Shown: positions 9,042-18,624, numbered from the stretch's first letter. The stretch: DNA of 64,000 nt from Thermoanaerobaculia bacterium (GCA_044226625.1 JBGAGQ010000026.1:1-64000); one strand, 5' to 3'. The notes: generated from the sequence alone by a model not told the origin. Translations and numbers: made by a program.

Positions 9042-10514
9042 ATGCCGAAAACGAAGGACCAGCTCTTCCCGCCGATCGGCGTCGCGCTGCACTACCTGCG
9101 CACCAATGCCAAGATCTCGCGAGAGGAGCTCGGGCGCCCTTTGGGCCTGCCTTCGAAGAGCATTTCCGACTTCGAATCGGGGCACCGAACGCTCCGGCGG
9201 GAGCTCGCGGAGCAGCTGCTCGCGGCGCACGGCATCGGCCCGCAGGCGCTCGACGAGGTGCTCGCCGACATCGCGATCCGGCGGGCGGTGACCTTCCCCG
9301 AAGGCACGATCCCGCTGCCCGCCGAGGAGCTGGAACGCCTCGCCCGCGAGGGGCGGGAGATCTCCCGCTGCTTCGTGTCGGAGGTGGCGGTCCTGCGCCG
9401 GCAGGCCCGAGCCCGGGCGGACCACGCCTCGGCGGCCGAGCTGTTCCAGCAGCTCGCGGCCGCGACACCGCACCAGCGACGCCTGTGGGTGACCCGCGTC
9501 GAGAAGTTTTGGCTCTGGGCGCTGTCGGTTCGCTTCGGAGAGGAGAGCGCCAAGGCCGCGTCGGACAGCGCCGCCCGCGCGGTCGAATACGCGAAGCTCT
9601 CCTTGCGCCTCGCGAGGCTCGCCCCGGCGAGCCCGAAGTTTCGCGCGCTGCTCGAAGCGCAAGCCTGGGCGTTCCTCGCGAACAGCCGGCGGGTCTCCGG
9701 GTATCTCCCTCGAGCCGATCTGGGATTCGCCCGCTCGACCCGGCTCTGGCGGGAAGGGGAAGGCGGCGATCCCGACCACCTGCTCGACCCGATGCGGCGG
9801 CTCGATCTGGAGGCTTCGCTCCGGCTAGATCAGGGGCGATTGACCGAGGCGCTCGCGCTGCTCGACCGCGCGCTCGCCGAAGGGCCGAAAGGGGTGGTGG
9901 CCGGGCGGCGGTTGGTTAAGAAGGCGGTCGCTTTGGAACGATGCGGTCAGCCGGAGGCTGCGCTCAGCGCACTGGACGAGGCCGAGCAATGCAGGGCCGC
10001 CGGAACCGACCGATGGCTCGATTGCGGCATTCCTTTCAACCGCGCGGTCAACTTCTGTCATCTCGGTCGCTACGAGGAAGCAATCCGTATTTTGCCCGTC
10101 GTGCGCGCCTTAGCGATCGAGCTAGGCAACGGGATCGACCTCGTGCGAATGGATTGGCTGGAAGCCCGCGCCGTCGCCGGGCTAGGCAGATCTGAAGAAG
10201 CGGCGGGGAAACTCCGTTGGGTCAAGAAAGAGTTCGCCGCCCGGGGCGATCTCTACGAGTCCGCGCTCGCTTCGATCGACCTAGCGGCCCTTCACCTGGA
10301 TCAAGGGAAACCGCGTGCCGCCCGGGAGCTGGCAGAGGACGTAGCAAAGCTTCTGGAGGTGCAGGGGGTACCCCGCGACCTTCTCGCCGCACTGGTCCTA
10401 TTCGTCCAGGCGCTCGAGCAGGAACAAGCAACCGCAGCAGCGGCGCGCGATCTCGTCCGGGCATTCGAGTGCCAACCGCCCCTCCTGGCTACCTCTCTTT
10501 CGGAGGCGCAGTGA
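9042..10514 (+). CDS. XRE-family HTH transcriptional regulator with C-terminal TPR array
   Basis: GGAG RBS; IGVALHYLR...SREELGRPLGLPSKSISDFESGHR HTH, then several TPR-like helices (LDLEASLRLDQGRLTEALALL; FNRAVNFCHLGRYEEA). Confidence 0.85.
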   Translation: MPKTKDQLFPPIGVALHYLRTNAKISREELGRPLGLPSKSISDFESGHRTLRRELAEQLLAAHGIGPQALDEVLADIAIRRAVTFPEGTIPLPAEELERLAREGREISRCFVSEVAVLRRQARARADHASAAELFQQLAAATPHQRRLWVTRVEKFWLWALSVRFGEESAKAASDSAARAVEYAKLSLRLARLAPASPKFRALLEAQAWAFLANSRRVSGYLPRADLGFARSTRLWREGEGGDPDHLLDPMRRLDLEASLRLDQGRLTEALALLDRALAEGPKGVVAGRRLVKKAVALERCGQPEAALSALDEAEQCRAAGTDRWLDCGIPFNRAVNFCHLGRYEEAIRILPVVRALAIELGNGIDLVRMDWLEARAVAGLGRSEEAAGKLRWVKKEFAARGDLYESALASIDLAALHLDQGKPRAARELAEDVAKLLEVQGVPRDLLAALVLFVQALEQEQATAAAARDLVRAFECQPPLLATSLSEAQ

Positions 10515-10596
10515 GTTCCTTCGCTGCCGTTCCAGCTAGGCGGCGGAACTCCCCTCGCCGCTGGGCTCTGCCGGACGGAAGCGAAGGTTCGAGCCC

Positions 10597-10917
10597 TTAT
10601 TGCTTGCAGCTTTCGCTAGTGCCTAGACCGCAGGCTCCTCCTGCCATTACGGATGTCGTGCCACAGCGACCGTTCGAATCGAGATTACAGCCGCTCGGCG
10701 AGGAGGGCCTCTCTACAGGTGGGGGCGCCGCGCCGCAGCGACCGTCCGGATCAAGGGCGCACCCGCTCTCTGCCCAAAGCGACGACACGACGCCACGCAG
10801 CCAGCCACCGAAGTCCCACCGGAGGGGAACCGCGCCGGCCGGCGCGGCGGCCGAGAGCAGGGCGACCAACGCGGCGGCGAGGGGCAGGACGGACGTCCGA
10901 GACCGAAACGTAGACAT
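10597..10917 (-). CDS. Small secreted Cys-rich peptide precursor with two GCxLDxxGRC motifs
   Basis: Strong AAGGAGG RBS; Sec signal ending APAGA; Trp-rich amphipathic segment; GCALDPDGRC and GCNLDSNGRC; 106 aa. Confidence 0.75.
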   Translation of the reverse strand: MSTFRSRTSVLPLAAALVALLSAAAPAGAVPLRWDFGGWLRGVVSSLWAESGCALDPDGRCGAAPPPVERPSSPSGCNLDSNGRCGTTSVMAGGACGLGTSESCKQ

Positions 10918-10986
10918 CGGAAACCTCCTTTTCGAAGGCGCCGTCTTCACCGGCCAGAACGGCAGGCGTTTGCGCCCTCGCGGAGT

Positions 10987-11893
10987 ATGGAGCGGCCGGA
11001 CGTGGAAATCCGGAATAGCAGTCGGCCTACTCCGCTCCCTCCGAGGCTGGAGCCGCGAGCAGTTGGCTCGCGCCGCCGGCCTGCACGCCTCCTCGATCGG
11101 CCGGCTCGAAAACGGCCGCACCCCGCGCCCCGGGACGCCGGAGAAGATCCGCCGCTCGTTCGGCCTATCGCTAGCGACCTGGCGACGGCTCCTCGACCTG
11201 ATCGCCGACTGTCGCCGGGAAATGTCGGCCGGAGCCGCCCCCGACCCGGTGGCCGAGATGGCCGAGATGGCTGAGATGGCTGAGATGACCGAAGCCGATC
11301 CGTTCGAAGACGCCCTCTCGATCCTCGTGCCGCGAGTCCTCACCGCGTTGACCGCGCTCCCCTCGGCCGCGATCCCGGCGCCCCCTCCCCCGCTCCCCAC
11401 CGCTGCCGACCGCACCCGAGGCACCGAGCTCTGGGAGCGGCTCCGCCCCCTAAACACCGCGGATCGCCGAGAGCTGATCGCCATGGGCGAGGAATACTCC
11501 TGCTGGGCCCTCGCCGCAAGGCTCGCCGAAGAGAGCGAGACGATCGCTCCCCTACGCCCACACGAAGCGCTCGCGCTCGCCGGAATGGCCGACCGAATCG
11601 CCGAGACCGCCGCGATGCCCAACCGCTTCCGCGCGCGGCTCCGGGGTCTGACGACGGCGGCTCTGGGTTACGCGAGAATGTTCGCCGGCCACCGGGAAGG
11701 AGCGGAAGCGGCGTTTCGGAGGTCGGACGAGCTGTGGGCCGCGGGGGCGGGTGGGGATCCTGGTGGGCTGGTGGATGGGGGGCGGCGGGTGGAGATGAAG
11801 GCGAAGGGGGTGGCGGGTGCGGGGGTGGGCGGAGGGTGGGGCAAGTGGTGGCGGGGTGAGGGAAAATTTAGCCGAAGGCTTGGATCGTTCTAG
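10987..11893 (+). pseudogene. Second XRE-HTH/TPR regulator paralog, apparently frameshifted near the start and C-terminally truncated
   Basis: GGAG-t-ATG at 10987 gives MERPDVEI, then one extra C before GIAVGLLRSLRGWSREQLA (HTH, other frame). Similarity to 9042-10514 (WALAARLAEES; GGDP..L.D) ends in a G-rich tail. Confidence 0.6.
11252..11287 (+). repeat. 9-bp tandem repeat GCYGAGATG x4 (AEM x4)
   Basis: Read directly in sequence. Confidence 0.9.
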
Positions 11894-12018
11894 GCTATCT
11901 CAGAGACTCGACAAGGGTTTGGTTCGATCTCACGAAAGGAGTTCTCGTCGGTGCATGCGGAGTCCCGGGAGGTCCCGGGCGCCGTCTCTGAGGGTGAGCG
12001 TGCACAGGAAGACGCCTC

Positions 12019-13563
12019 ATGACCGAGCGGATCTTCATCAGTAGCGTGCAAAAGGAACTGGCCGCGGAGCGCCGGGCGTTGCATGACTTCATCCAGGGTG
12101 ACGCCCTGCTGCGGCGCTTCTTCGACGTTTTTCTCTTCGAGGATCTGCCCGCCTCCGACCGGCGCGCCGATGACGTCTACCTTGAGGAAGTGGCCCACTC
12201 AGGTCTCTATCTGGGCCTCTTCGGTGACGAATACGGATCGGTCGATGCTGTGGGGGTTTCGCCCACAGAGCGCGAGTTCGACGAGGCTACCCGGTGCGGC
12301 ATCGCGCGCTTGATCTTCGTACGCGGTGCCGACGACGCGCGGCGCGACCCGCGCATGCTGGCGCTGATCCGCAAGGCGGGCGGCCAACTCATCCGGAAGC
12401 GCATCACCGATGTCGCCGATCTAACCGGCGCGGCCTACGCGAGCCTCGTGGAGCACCTCGAGCGGACCGGACGCTTGCGCACGCGACCCTTCGACGCGGC
12501 GGCCTGCCCGGGCGCGACCGTCGACGACCTCTCGCCCGACCTGCTCGACCTCTTCCTGTCTCGCGCCCAGTCGCAACGCGGATACGCGCTCGGACCCGGC
12601 ACGCCGATGCCCACGGCGCTTGCGCACCTCGACCTCCTCGACGGATCAGAACCCAGCCATGCGGCCGTGCTGCTCTTCGGCACGAAGCCCCAGCGCTTCC
12701 TCCCCAGCTCCGAGGTCAAGTGCATGCACTTCCATGGCAAGGAAGTGCGCAAACCCATCCCGTCCTACCAGATCTTCAAAGGCACCGTGTTCGAGCTCGT
12801 CGACCGGGCCGTCGACTTCGTCCTCTCCAAGCTCGCGGCGAGGGTCGGCACTCGCGCAAAAAGCAATGAGGCGCCGCTGACCTACGAGATTCCACGCGAG
12901 GCGGTCGCCGAAGCGGTCGTCAACGCGGTAGCTCATCGCGACTACGCGAACAACGCGAGCGTGCAGGTCATGCTCTTCGCCGACCGGCTCGAAGTATGGA
13001 ATCCCGGTAGGCTGCCTTCCACCCTCAGCTTCGAGCAGCTCACTCGACCCCACGCCTCCATCCCGCGTAACCCGCTCGTGGCGGATCCGATGTTTCTCGC
13101 TCGGTACGTCGAGAAGGCAGGGAGCGGAATCCTCGACATGATCGCTTTATGCAGCGAGACCGGGCTGCCGGCACCGGAGTTCCGGCAGGAGGGCGGCGAG
13201 TTCGTCCAGACGCTCTGGCGGCCCGAGCCGGCGGAAGCCTCGACCGAGGGGACCGCGCAAGTCACCGCGCAAGTCACCGCGCAAGTCACCGCGCAAGTCG
13301 AAATTGCGGGAGCGGACCTCTCGGCTGAGGTGCAGCGCCTCCTCCACGCGACCATTGGTGAGATGGCGGGCCGTGACATTCAGGAACGTCTAGGCCTCAA
13401 GCACCGGGAGCATTTCCGCAAGTTTTACCTGAAACCTGCGCTCGCAGCCGGTCTGATCGAGAGAACCACCCCGGACAATCCGAAGAGCCGGCTACAGCGC
13501 TATCGCCTCACCGAGATGGGGCGTGCGTGGCTGGCGACCCGCGAGGGGCGAATTGGGCCGTGA
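12019..13563 (+). CDS. DUF4062 + HATPase_c_4 (RecG C-terminal-like) + Fic-type C-terminal wHTH protein
   Basis: RIFISSVQKELAAER (DUF4062); EAVVNAVAHRDY...RNPLVA...EKAGSGI; YLKPALAAGLIERTTPDNPKSRLQRYRLT. Confidence 0.85.
   Translation: MTERIFISSVQKELAAERRALHDFIQGDALLRRFFDVFLFEDLPASDRRADDVYLEEVAHSGLYLGLFGDEYGSVDAVGVSPTEREFDEATRCGIARLIFVRGADDARRDPRMLALIRKAGGQLIRKRITDVADLTGAAYASLVEHLERTGRLRTRPFDAAACPGATVDDLSPDLLDLFLSRAQSQRGYALGPGTPMPTALAHLDLLDGSEPSHAAVLLFGTKPQRFLPSSEVKCMHFHGKEVRKPIPSYQIFKGTVFELVDRAVDFVLSKLAARVGTRAKSNEAPLTYEIPREAVAEAVVNAVAHRDYANNASVQVMLFADRLEVWNPGRLPSTLSFEQLTRPHASIPRNPLVADPMFLARYVEKAGSGILDMIALCSETGLPAPEFRQEGGEFVQTLWRPEPAEASTEGTAQVTAQVTAQVTAQVEIAGADLSAEVQRLLHATIGEMAGRDIQERLGLKHREHFRKFYLKPALAAGLIERTTPDNPKSRLQRYRLTEMGRAWLATREGRIGP
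13252..13299 (+). repeat. 12-bp tandem repeat ACCGCGCAAGTC x4 (TAQV x4)
   Basis: Four perfect copies in the linker of 12019-13563. Confidence 0.95.
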
Positions 13564-13846
13564 ACGGGAAGCACGTCGCCTTGGCGTGGCCGAGACGAGG
13601 AGCCACCTCTCCGAGGTGCTCCGAGAGGTGGCGTCGGGTCCGACCTTCATCCACAAGCGAGGTAAGGACCTTGCGGTCATTCTGAGCATCGAGGAGTACG
13701 AACGGCTTGCCGGAAGCGAGCGGTCCACGAACACAGGCGGCGCCGCGATTCTTCGCCGCATCGAAGCCCTCAAAGAACGATTCGGCGGAGGGTTCGATTT
13801 CGAGCCTCCGCGCCTCGATTTCAAACCCGCCGTGCACAGCTTCTGA
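13523..13846 (+). CDS. Phd/YefM family antitoxin (orphan; start uncertain)
   Basis: GVAETRSHLSEVLREVASGPTFIHKRGKDLAVILSIEEYERL; no toxin ORF follows. Confidence 0.7.
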   Translation: MRGWRPARGELGREREARRLGVAETRSHLSEVLREVASGPTFIHKRGKDLAVILSIEEYERLAGSERSTNTGGAAILRRIEALKERFGGGFDFEPPRLDFKPAVHSF

Positions 13847-13898
13847 ACCTGCTCACCGTTGGGAAGCCCTCGAGCCCAAGAAGTCCGCGCGACCCGGG

Positions 13899-14474
13899 CT
13901 ACGGTCGATCCCCGTCGAGAGCGATCTCGGTTCCGTCGAGAATCGCCTCACGCACGGGCTTCCATTTCGCGTCGTCGAGCTGCTGGTAGGGAATCTCCCA
14001 GGTGCCGCCCTTGCCTTGGCGCGCGCCGAGAATCAGCTCATGACGGCCCGCGACGAAGTTCAAGGCCCCGGGGCCGGGATCGCAGCCTGAAAGGAGCAGG
14101 CGCTCATAGCGCGGAAGGTTTGGCTGGAGGCGATCGAGCGCCAGACCGTCCGTCGTCTCGGCGAGAAGGTAGACGAAGCCGTCTCGGCCGATTGCGATCG
14201 CTCGATAGGTCGCTCGGGGAACGGTTCCCGGCGCCGCCATCGCGCCGCTGAATCCACCCTTCTTCAAGGCTTCGTCGAGGCGTTTCTGTTGCGCCTCGCG
14301 GTCTGCCGGTTTCCGCTCGAGCCACTCGATCTTGCCGGAGCCGAGAACCAGCTCGTTCTTGAGCAGGCCCGAGGGCGAGTAGTGGCGGACCCTCGGCGAA
14401 AACTGGTGCGCCAACCACAGGTCACCTTCCGGGGTGAATGCGATCGACTGAGGCGGTACTTCGACGCAACTCAA
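13899..14474 (-). pseudogene. C-terminal fragment of an NHL/beta-propeller protein
   Basis: IAFTPEGDLWLA and IAIGRDGFVYLL blade motifs; 5' end has no RBS or signal and coincides with the switch to low-GC DNA. Confidence 0.5.
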
Positions 14475-14579
14475 ACTCAGCTATAGTTCCAACATCTAGG
14501 CAAGTAACGGGCCCGCAAAGAGCACCCTAGACTCTTGCCGCAGTTCAGCCTGCTCTAACCGAATAAGAGATGTGTCGAC

Positions 14580-17171
14580 ATGCCGCCTACTGCCGATGTT
14601 TTCTCCGAGATCCTTAACTGGTCAAAAGATCGACCGGGCTGGCAGCGCGATGCCCTCCGACGATTGTTTTCTGAGGGAGAACTCTCCGCAAAAGAAGTAG
14701 AAGAACTCTTACAGCTCTGTAAGTCTGCGCATGGCCTCGCCGAACCGACTTCTCCTAGGGTCCTCATGAAGGAGCATCTCGCCACTAAGGGGGATGGCGT
14801 TGACACGACCTGTTTGATTACGTTGACTCATCATCGCGGCGTGAATGCACTTGCTGCCGAACAAACCATTACTTTCGGCTCACATCTCACGATCATTTAC
14901 GGCCAGAACGCGGCGGGAAAATCCGGATATGCACGCATTCTCAAGCAGGCTTGTCGTTCTCGATCCACCGAACAGATCCTTGGCAATCTCCTTAGTGGCT
15001 CTGTACCCGTAAAGTTGCAGGCTACAATAACATTTCGCCAAGGTCTCCAAGGTCAGGGTGTCAAATGGACAACTGGCTCACCTTCTTCAGACGCGCTCGC
15101 AGCAGTCAGTGTTTTTGATTCAGCATCAGCACCTGTATATCTACGAGACAAGACTGATGTCGCCTTCCGACCTTTTGGGCTTGACATCTTCGACCGTCTA
15201 GTCAGCCTTTGTAGTGAAGTACGAGGTAAGCTGGAGAGTGAAAAGGCTAAGCTGAACTCTCAGGTGCCAAACCTCCCCAAGCTTCCCGCCGGCACTAAGT
15301 CACAAAGATTGGTTGAGAATCTAACGTCGCTTACAAACCCTGCCGTGGCGCAGAATCTGGCGACGCTTTTGGAGAATGAGCAAGCGCGTCTAGAAGAACT
15401 GAGAGCACATCAGAGGGATCTTCTTGCAGCTGATCCTAAGAAGCGAGCGCAGGATCTCACCTCGAAGGCGGAACGCATAGACTTCCTTAGCCGACATGTC
15501 AGCACTCTATTCTCACTCTTTCGCAGAAGTTCCCTCACGGAGCTTGGAAGTAGCGCTGAAGCCCTTCGGGTCGCCCAAGCCTCCCTGGAATTGGTGCGAT
15601 CCGCCGCGCTTACAACCGAATTGCTTCTAGGAACTGGAGAGCAAACCTGGCAAGAAATGTGGAGAGCCACCGCCGAATTCTCGAAAGTAGCCTATCCTGA
15701 GGCAGAGTTTCCCTTCTTGGGAAGCGGAGCCCGCTGTCCCTTCTGTCAGCAAGAGATTAGCGGTGAGACCGAGAGACGACTCCGGAATTTCGCCGAATAC
15801 GTCGCCTCAAGCGCGCAGGCGCAGGCCCAAGAGGCAGAAAAAACTTACTCCACGGCTCTTTCCAAAGTAAGACGAGCAGTTGTAAGACCCTCAGAGATTG
15901 ACTTGATAGTCAACGAGCTTCGGTTGGACAATCCGCCTTTGGCCCAAGAAGTTGAGATCTTTTTCGACTCCACTATACGCACTTTAGAGGGAATCGAGGG
16001 TGCCTTATCCGAGGGCGTTGGTTTCTTGGCAGGGCTCACGAAGACTCCTGAAGCCGAATTGCAGTCGCTAGCTTCACGGCTGCGCGAGAGGGCCGATCAG
16101 CTTCTTGGAGAGAAGCCGGTCATGAGCCCCGAAGCCATAACTGAGCTTAGGGAGCTTGAAGCACGAGCCACTCTCGCTTCGGGTTTGCAGGTTGTTTTGG
16201 ACGAGATCGAGCGCAAGAAGCGTCTAGCCGCTTATGACCAGTGCATTGGAGATACAACGACCAATGCTATTACAAAGAAAAGCACAGAACTCACCTCCCG
16301 CTTGGTCACAGATCAGTTGCGAGCCGGATTCCAAGAGGAACTTGGGAGTCTTGACTTTCGACACTTGGCGGTCGAGATCCAAATGGCCGGCGGTGCAAAA
16401 GGTACGCTGTTCCATAAGCTTGTTTTCAGCAATGCTCCTGGAGTTGCTGTAACTAATGTACTCAGTGAGGGAGAATCGAGGACCCTCTCGCTCGCGGCAT
16501 TCCTCACCGAGCTCAAGACCGCATCAAGCCAAAGTACGATCATCTTTGATGATCCGGTCTCGTCTCTCGACGAGGAGTGGCGAGGACGGATTGCACGTCG
16601 GCTTGTCACCGAGGCGAAAAATCGACAGGTTATCGTCTTCACTCACGACCTCCTATTTCTGAGATTCCTCATGGATGAGGCTAGGCGTCAGGAGGTGCCT
16701 TGTGCTCACCAGTACGTTCGGCGAGAGTATGAAGCCGGTATATGCTCGCCTGATCTTCCTTGGGTTGCAATGAGCAAAACCGATCGCATCGGTGTCCTCC
16801 GTAACCGCTGGCAGGCTGCCGAGAAGACGTTTCGCACTGACCGAACGAACTACGAAGCTATTGCCCGCGACATCTTTGGCCAACTACGCGAAGCATGGGA
16901 ACATGCCACAATGGAAGTCTTGTTGAATGATGTTGTCGAGCGTTATCGTCACAGTATTGAGACCCAGAAGGTTAGGGTTCTTCATGACATTACTCCAGAT
17001 GACTATAAGGCTCTCGAAGAAGGAATGGCGGAATGTTCTCGCTGGATGCGTGGACACGATAGGCCATCCGCGGATGGAACTCCCTTTCCAGATCCGGAGA
17101 CCCTCAAGCTTCAGATTGAGACCTTAGCGACCTGGGTGCAGAGCATTCGAACGCGAAGAAAAAGAAAGTAG
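14580..17171 (+). CDS. Rad50/SMC-like ABC ATPase (AAA_13, RloC-like) with zinc hook
   Basis: Walker A GQNAAGKS, CPFCQQ hook in coiled-coil, LSEGE signature, FDDPVSSLD Walker B/D-loop, VFTHD, C-terminal RWMRGH; markedly lower GC. Confidence 0.85.
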   Translation: MPPTADVFSEILNWSKDRPGWQRDALRRLFSEGELSAKEVEELLQLCKSAHGLAEPTSPRVLMKEHLATKGDGVDTTCLITLTHHRGVNALAAEQTITFGSHLTIIYGQNAAGKSGYARILKQACRSRSTEQILGNLLSGSVPVKLQATITFRQGLQGQGVKWTTGSPSSDALAAVSVFDSASAPVYLRDKTDVAFRPFGLDIFDRLVSLCSEVRGKLESEKAKLNSQVPNLPKLPAGTKSQRLVENLTSLTNPAVAQNLATLLENEQARLEELRAHQRDLLAADPKKRAQDLTSKAERIDFLSRHVSTLFSLFRRSSLTELGSSAEALRVAQASLELVRSAALTTELLLGTGEQTWQEMWRATAEFSKVAYPEAEFPFLGSGARCPFCQQEISGETERRLRNFAEYVASSAQAQAQEAEKTYSTALSKVRRAVVRPSEIDLIVNELRLDNPPLAQEVEIFFDSTIRTLEGIEGALSEGVGFLAGLTKTPEAELQSLASRLRERADQLLGEKPVMSPEAITELRELEARATLASGLQVVLDEIERKKRLAAYDQCIGDTTTNAITKKSTELTSRLVTDQLRAGFQEELGSLDFRHLAVEIQMAGGAKGTLFHKLVFSNAPGVAVTNVLSEGESRTLSLAAFLTELKTASSQSTIIFDDPVSSLDEEWRGRIARRLVTEAKNRQVIVFTHDLLFLRFLMDEARRQEVPCAHQYVRREYEAGICSPDLPWVAMSKTDRIGVLRNRWQAAEKTFRTDRTNYEAIARDIFGQLREAWEHATMEVLLNDVVERYRHSIETQKVRVLHDITPDDYKALEEGMAECSRWMRGHDRPSADGTPFPDPETLKLQIETLATWVQSIRTRRKRK

Positions 17172-17299
17172 TCGTCACCGAGACTCTCTCTACAAGGCAC
17201 CAGTTCCGCTGTTCAACCTTCGACTTTGCCTAAAGAGCTTTGGTAAGCTTAAATAGCAGGACATCCCGCGTTCGAGTAGGCCCCTCCCCAACGTTGGTC

Positions 17300-17412
17300 C
17301 ACCTGCCGAAGCTTCAAGAGGGCGGTATTCGGATCGTCCGCGACGTAGCGCTCCACCAGCATTCCCTGGCGCACGAGCTACTCGTCGTGGACCTTCAGTG
17401 GGGAAAATTGGT
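17300..17412 (-). pseudogene. hsdR: N-terminal remnant of type I restriction subunit HsdR
   Basis: Minus strand reads TNFPH/(L)KVHDE*LVRQGMLVERYVADDPNTALLKLRQ, matching the EcoKI-type HsdR N-terminus; one frameshift and a TAG at 17378-17380. Confidence 0.7.
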
Positions 17413-17678
17413 CCGGACGACGGCCAAGCTCAGATCCTCTACGCGTTGGGCACGCTTCGAAAGCGGCCCGCAGAATCATCCCGGGGTGCCGTGAGCAAGG
17501 CGTAGCTTAGTACGGCTGAATCCCCTATGCTCCGGAATTCGTGCTGGCAGGAAGCGACCGGTTGCTCGACGGCGCCCGGCGGGTTGCCCTGAAGACGAAA
17601 GGCTTCCCGGAGACCGGCTCTCCGAACGATCTCGCCAGCACGCCTCGATCGATCGGATTCGAGGTGTAGGATCACCCC

Positions 17679-17894
17679 ATGCAACTCGCGACCGGTACTG
17701 TCGTTGGCGGAAGGGTCGTCATCGAGGGAGATCTCCTCCCCGAGGGCTCTGTCGTCACCATTCTCGCCCGCGAAACCGATGGGACGTTCGAAGTGCCGGC
17801 CGATCTCGAACCGGAGTTGTTGGCATCGATCGCAGAGGCTGACCGAGGCGAGACCCTCTCCGCCGACGAGATCATCGAGCGCCTTCGCCGATAG
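17679..17894 (+). CDS. Small putative antitoxin
   Basis: ELLASIAEADRGETLSADEIIERL resembles addiction-module antitoxins; sits upstream of a RelE/ParE remnant. Confidence 0.7.
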   Translation: MQLATGTVVGGRVVIEGDLLPEGSVVTILARETDGTFEVPADLEPELLASIAEADRGETLSADEIIERLRR

Positions 17895-17906
17895 AGTCCG
17901 GTCGCG

Positions 17907-18008
17907 GTGCTCGAGGTAAAGGTCACCCGCCGAGCCTCGGCGCAGATCGAACGCGCTGCCGATTGATGGGCCGACAACAGGCCCGGCGGCCCCGACGCTA
18001 TCCGTTAT
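17907..18008 (+). pseudogene. RelE/ParE toxin remnant with nonsense codon
   Basis: VLEVKVTRRASAQIERAAD*WADNRPGGPDAIR; TGA at 17964-17966 where the family usually has W; 3' part not recognisable. Confidence 0.7.
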
Positions 18009-18204
18009 TCGAGAGGCGGACGTTTGTTGAGGATCGCCCCTGGGCTCGCCAGGCTCTAGCTAGCCTGGCGCCTTTGGCTTCTATTCTCCGAGGCACTCTC
18101 GCTGCGAAAAGCGCCAGGCTGGAGCCTGGCGAGCCCAGGAAAGACGCTTGCAAAGTAGACTTCCGCCGCGGCTCGGGAGAGCCAGGGGGCGCGACCGGAA
18201 GCCC

Positions 18205-18624
18205 TCAGCCCAACCGGGCCGCCCGGTACGCCAACGCGATCAGAGGCGCCACCACGGCGAACTGCAGAATCGTGAAGCCGGTTTCGAGGAGCAGAAAATC
18301 GGGCACGGAGCTCATCTGGTATTTTGCCGCGACCGGCAACGTCGTGAACGACCAGGCGAGAATTCCGAAGACGGTGCCGAATTGGAGCGCGCTCTTCTTC
18401 CACGCTTCCCGGCGCGTGTCGAAGATGCGGGGATAGAGCCAGGCGAACAGCAGCGCCTGGATCGCCATCGAAGCCAGGCCGAGCGGGATGATCACCTCGC
18501 TGCGGTACATGTGGAGCTGCTCGTACTCGGCCTTGAACGTGGTGAGGTGCCACGAATAGCCGAGCGGAAAGGTCGGCAGAAGGTATGCCGCCACAGCCAG
18601 CCAGGAAAAACGCGTCCGCGTCAT
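18205..18624 (-). CDS. Small 4-TM membrane protein (DUF1761-like)
   Basis: Four hydrophobic segments; GGAGG RBS; divergent from the HxlR gene. Confidence 0.75.
   Translation of the reverse strand: MTRTRFSWLAVAAYLLPTFPLGYSWHLTTFKAEYEQLHMYRSEVIIPLGLASMAIQALLFAWLYPRIFDTRREAWKKSALQFGTVFGILAWSFTTLPVAAKYQMSSVPDFLLLETGFTILQFAVVAPLIALAYRAARLG

Noticed and set aside
10217-10986. N-terminal extension of ORF 10217-11893
   Set aside because: Overlaps the first regulator and lies antisense to the RBS-supported peptide gene; HTH similarity starts only near 11010.
3120-11893. Intact prophage or ICE
   Set aside because: No integrase, terminase, capsid, relaxase or att repeat recognised; only a replication-like module.
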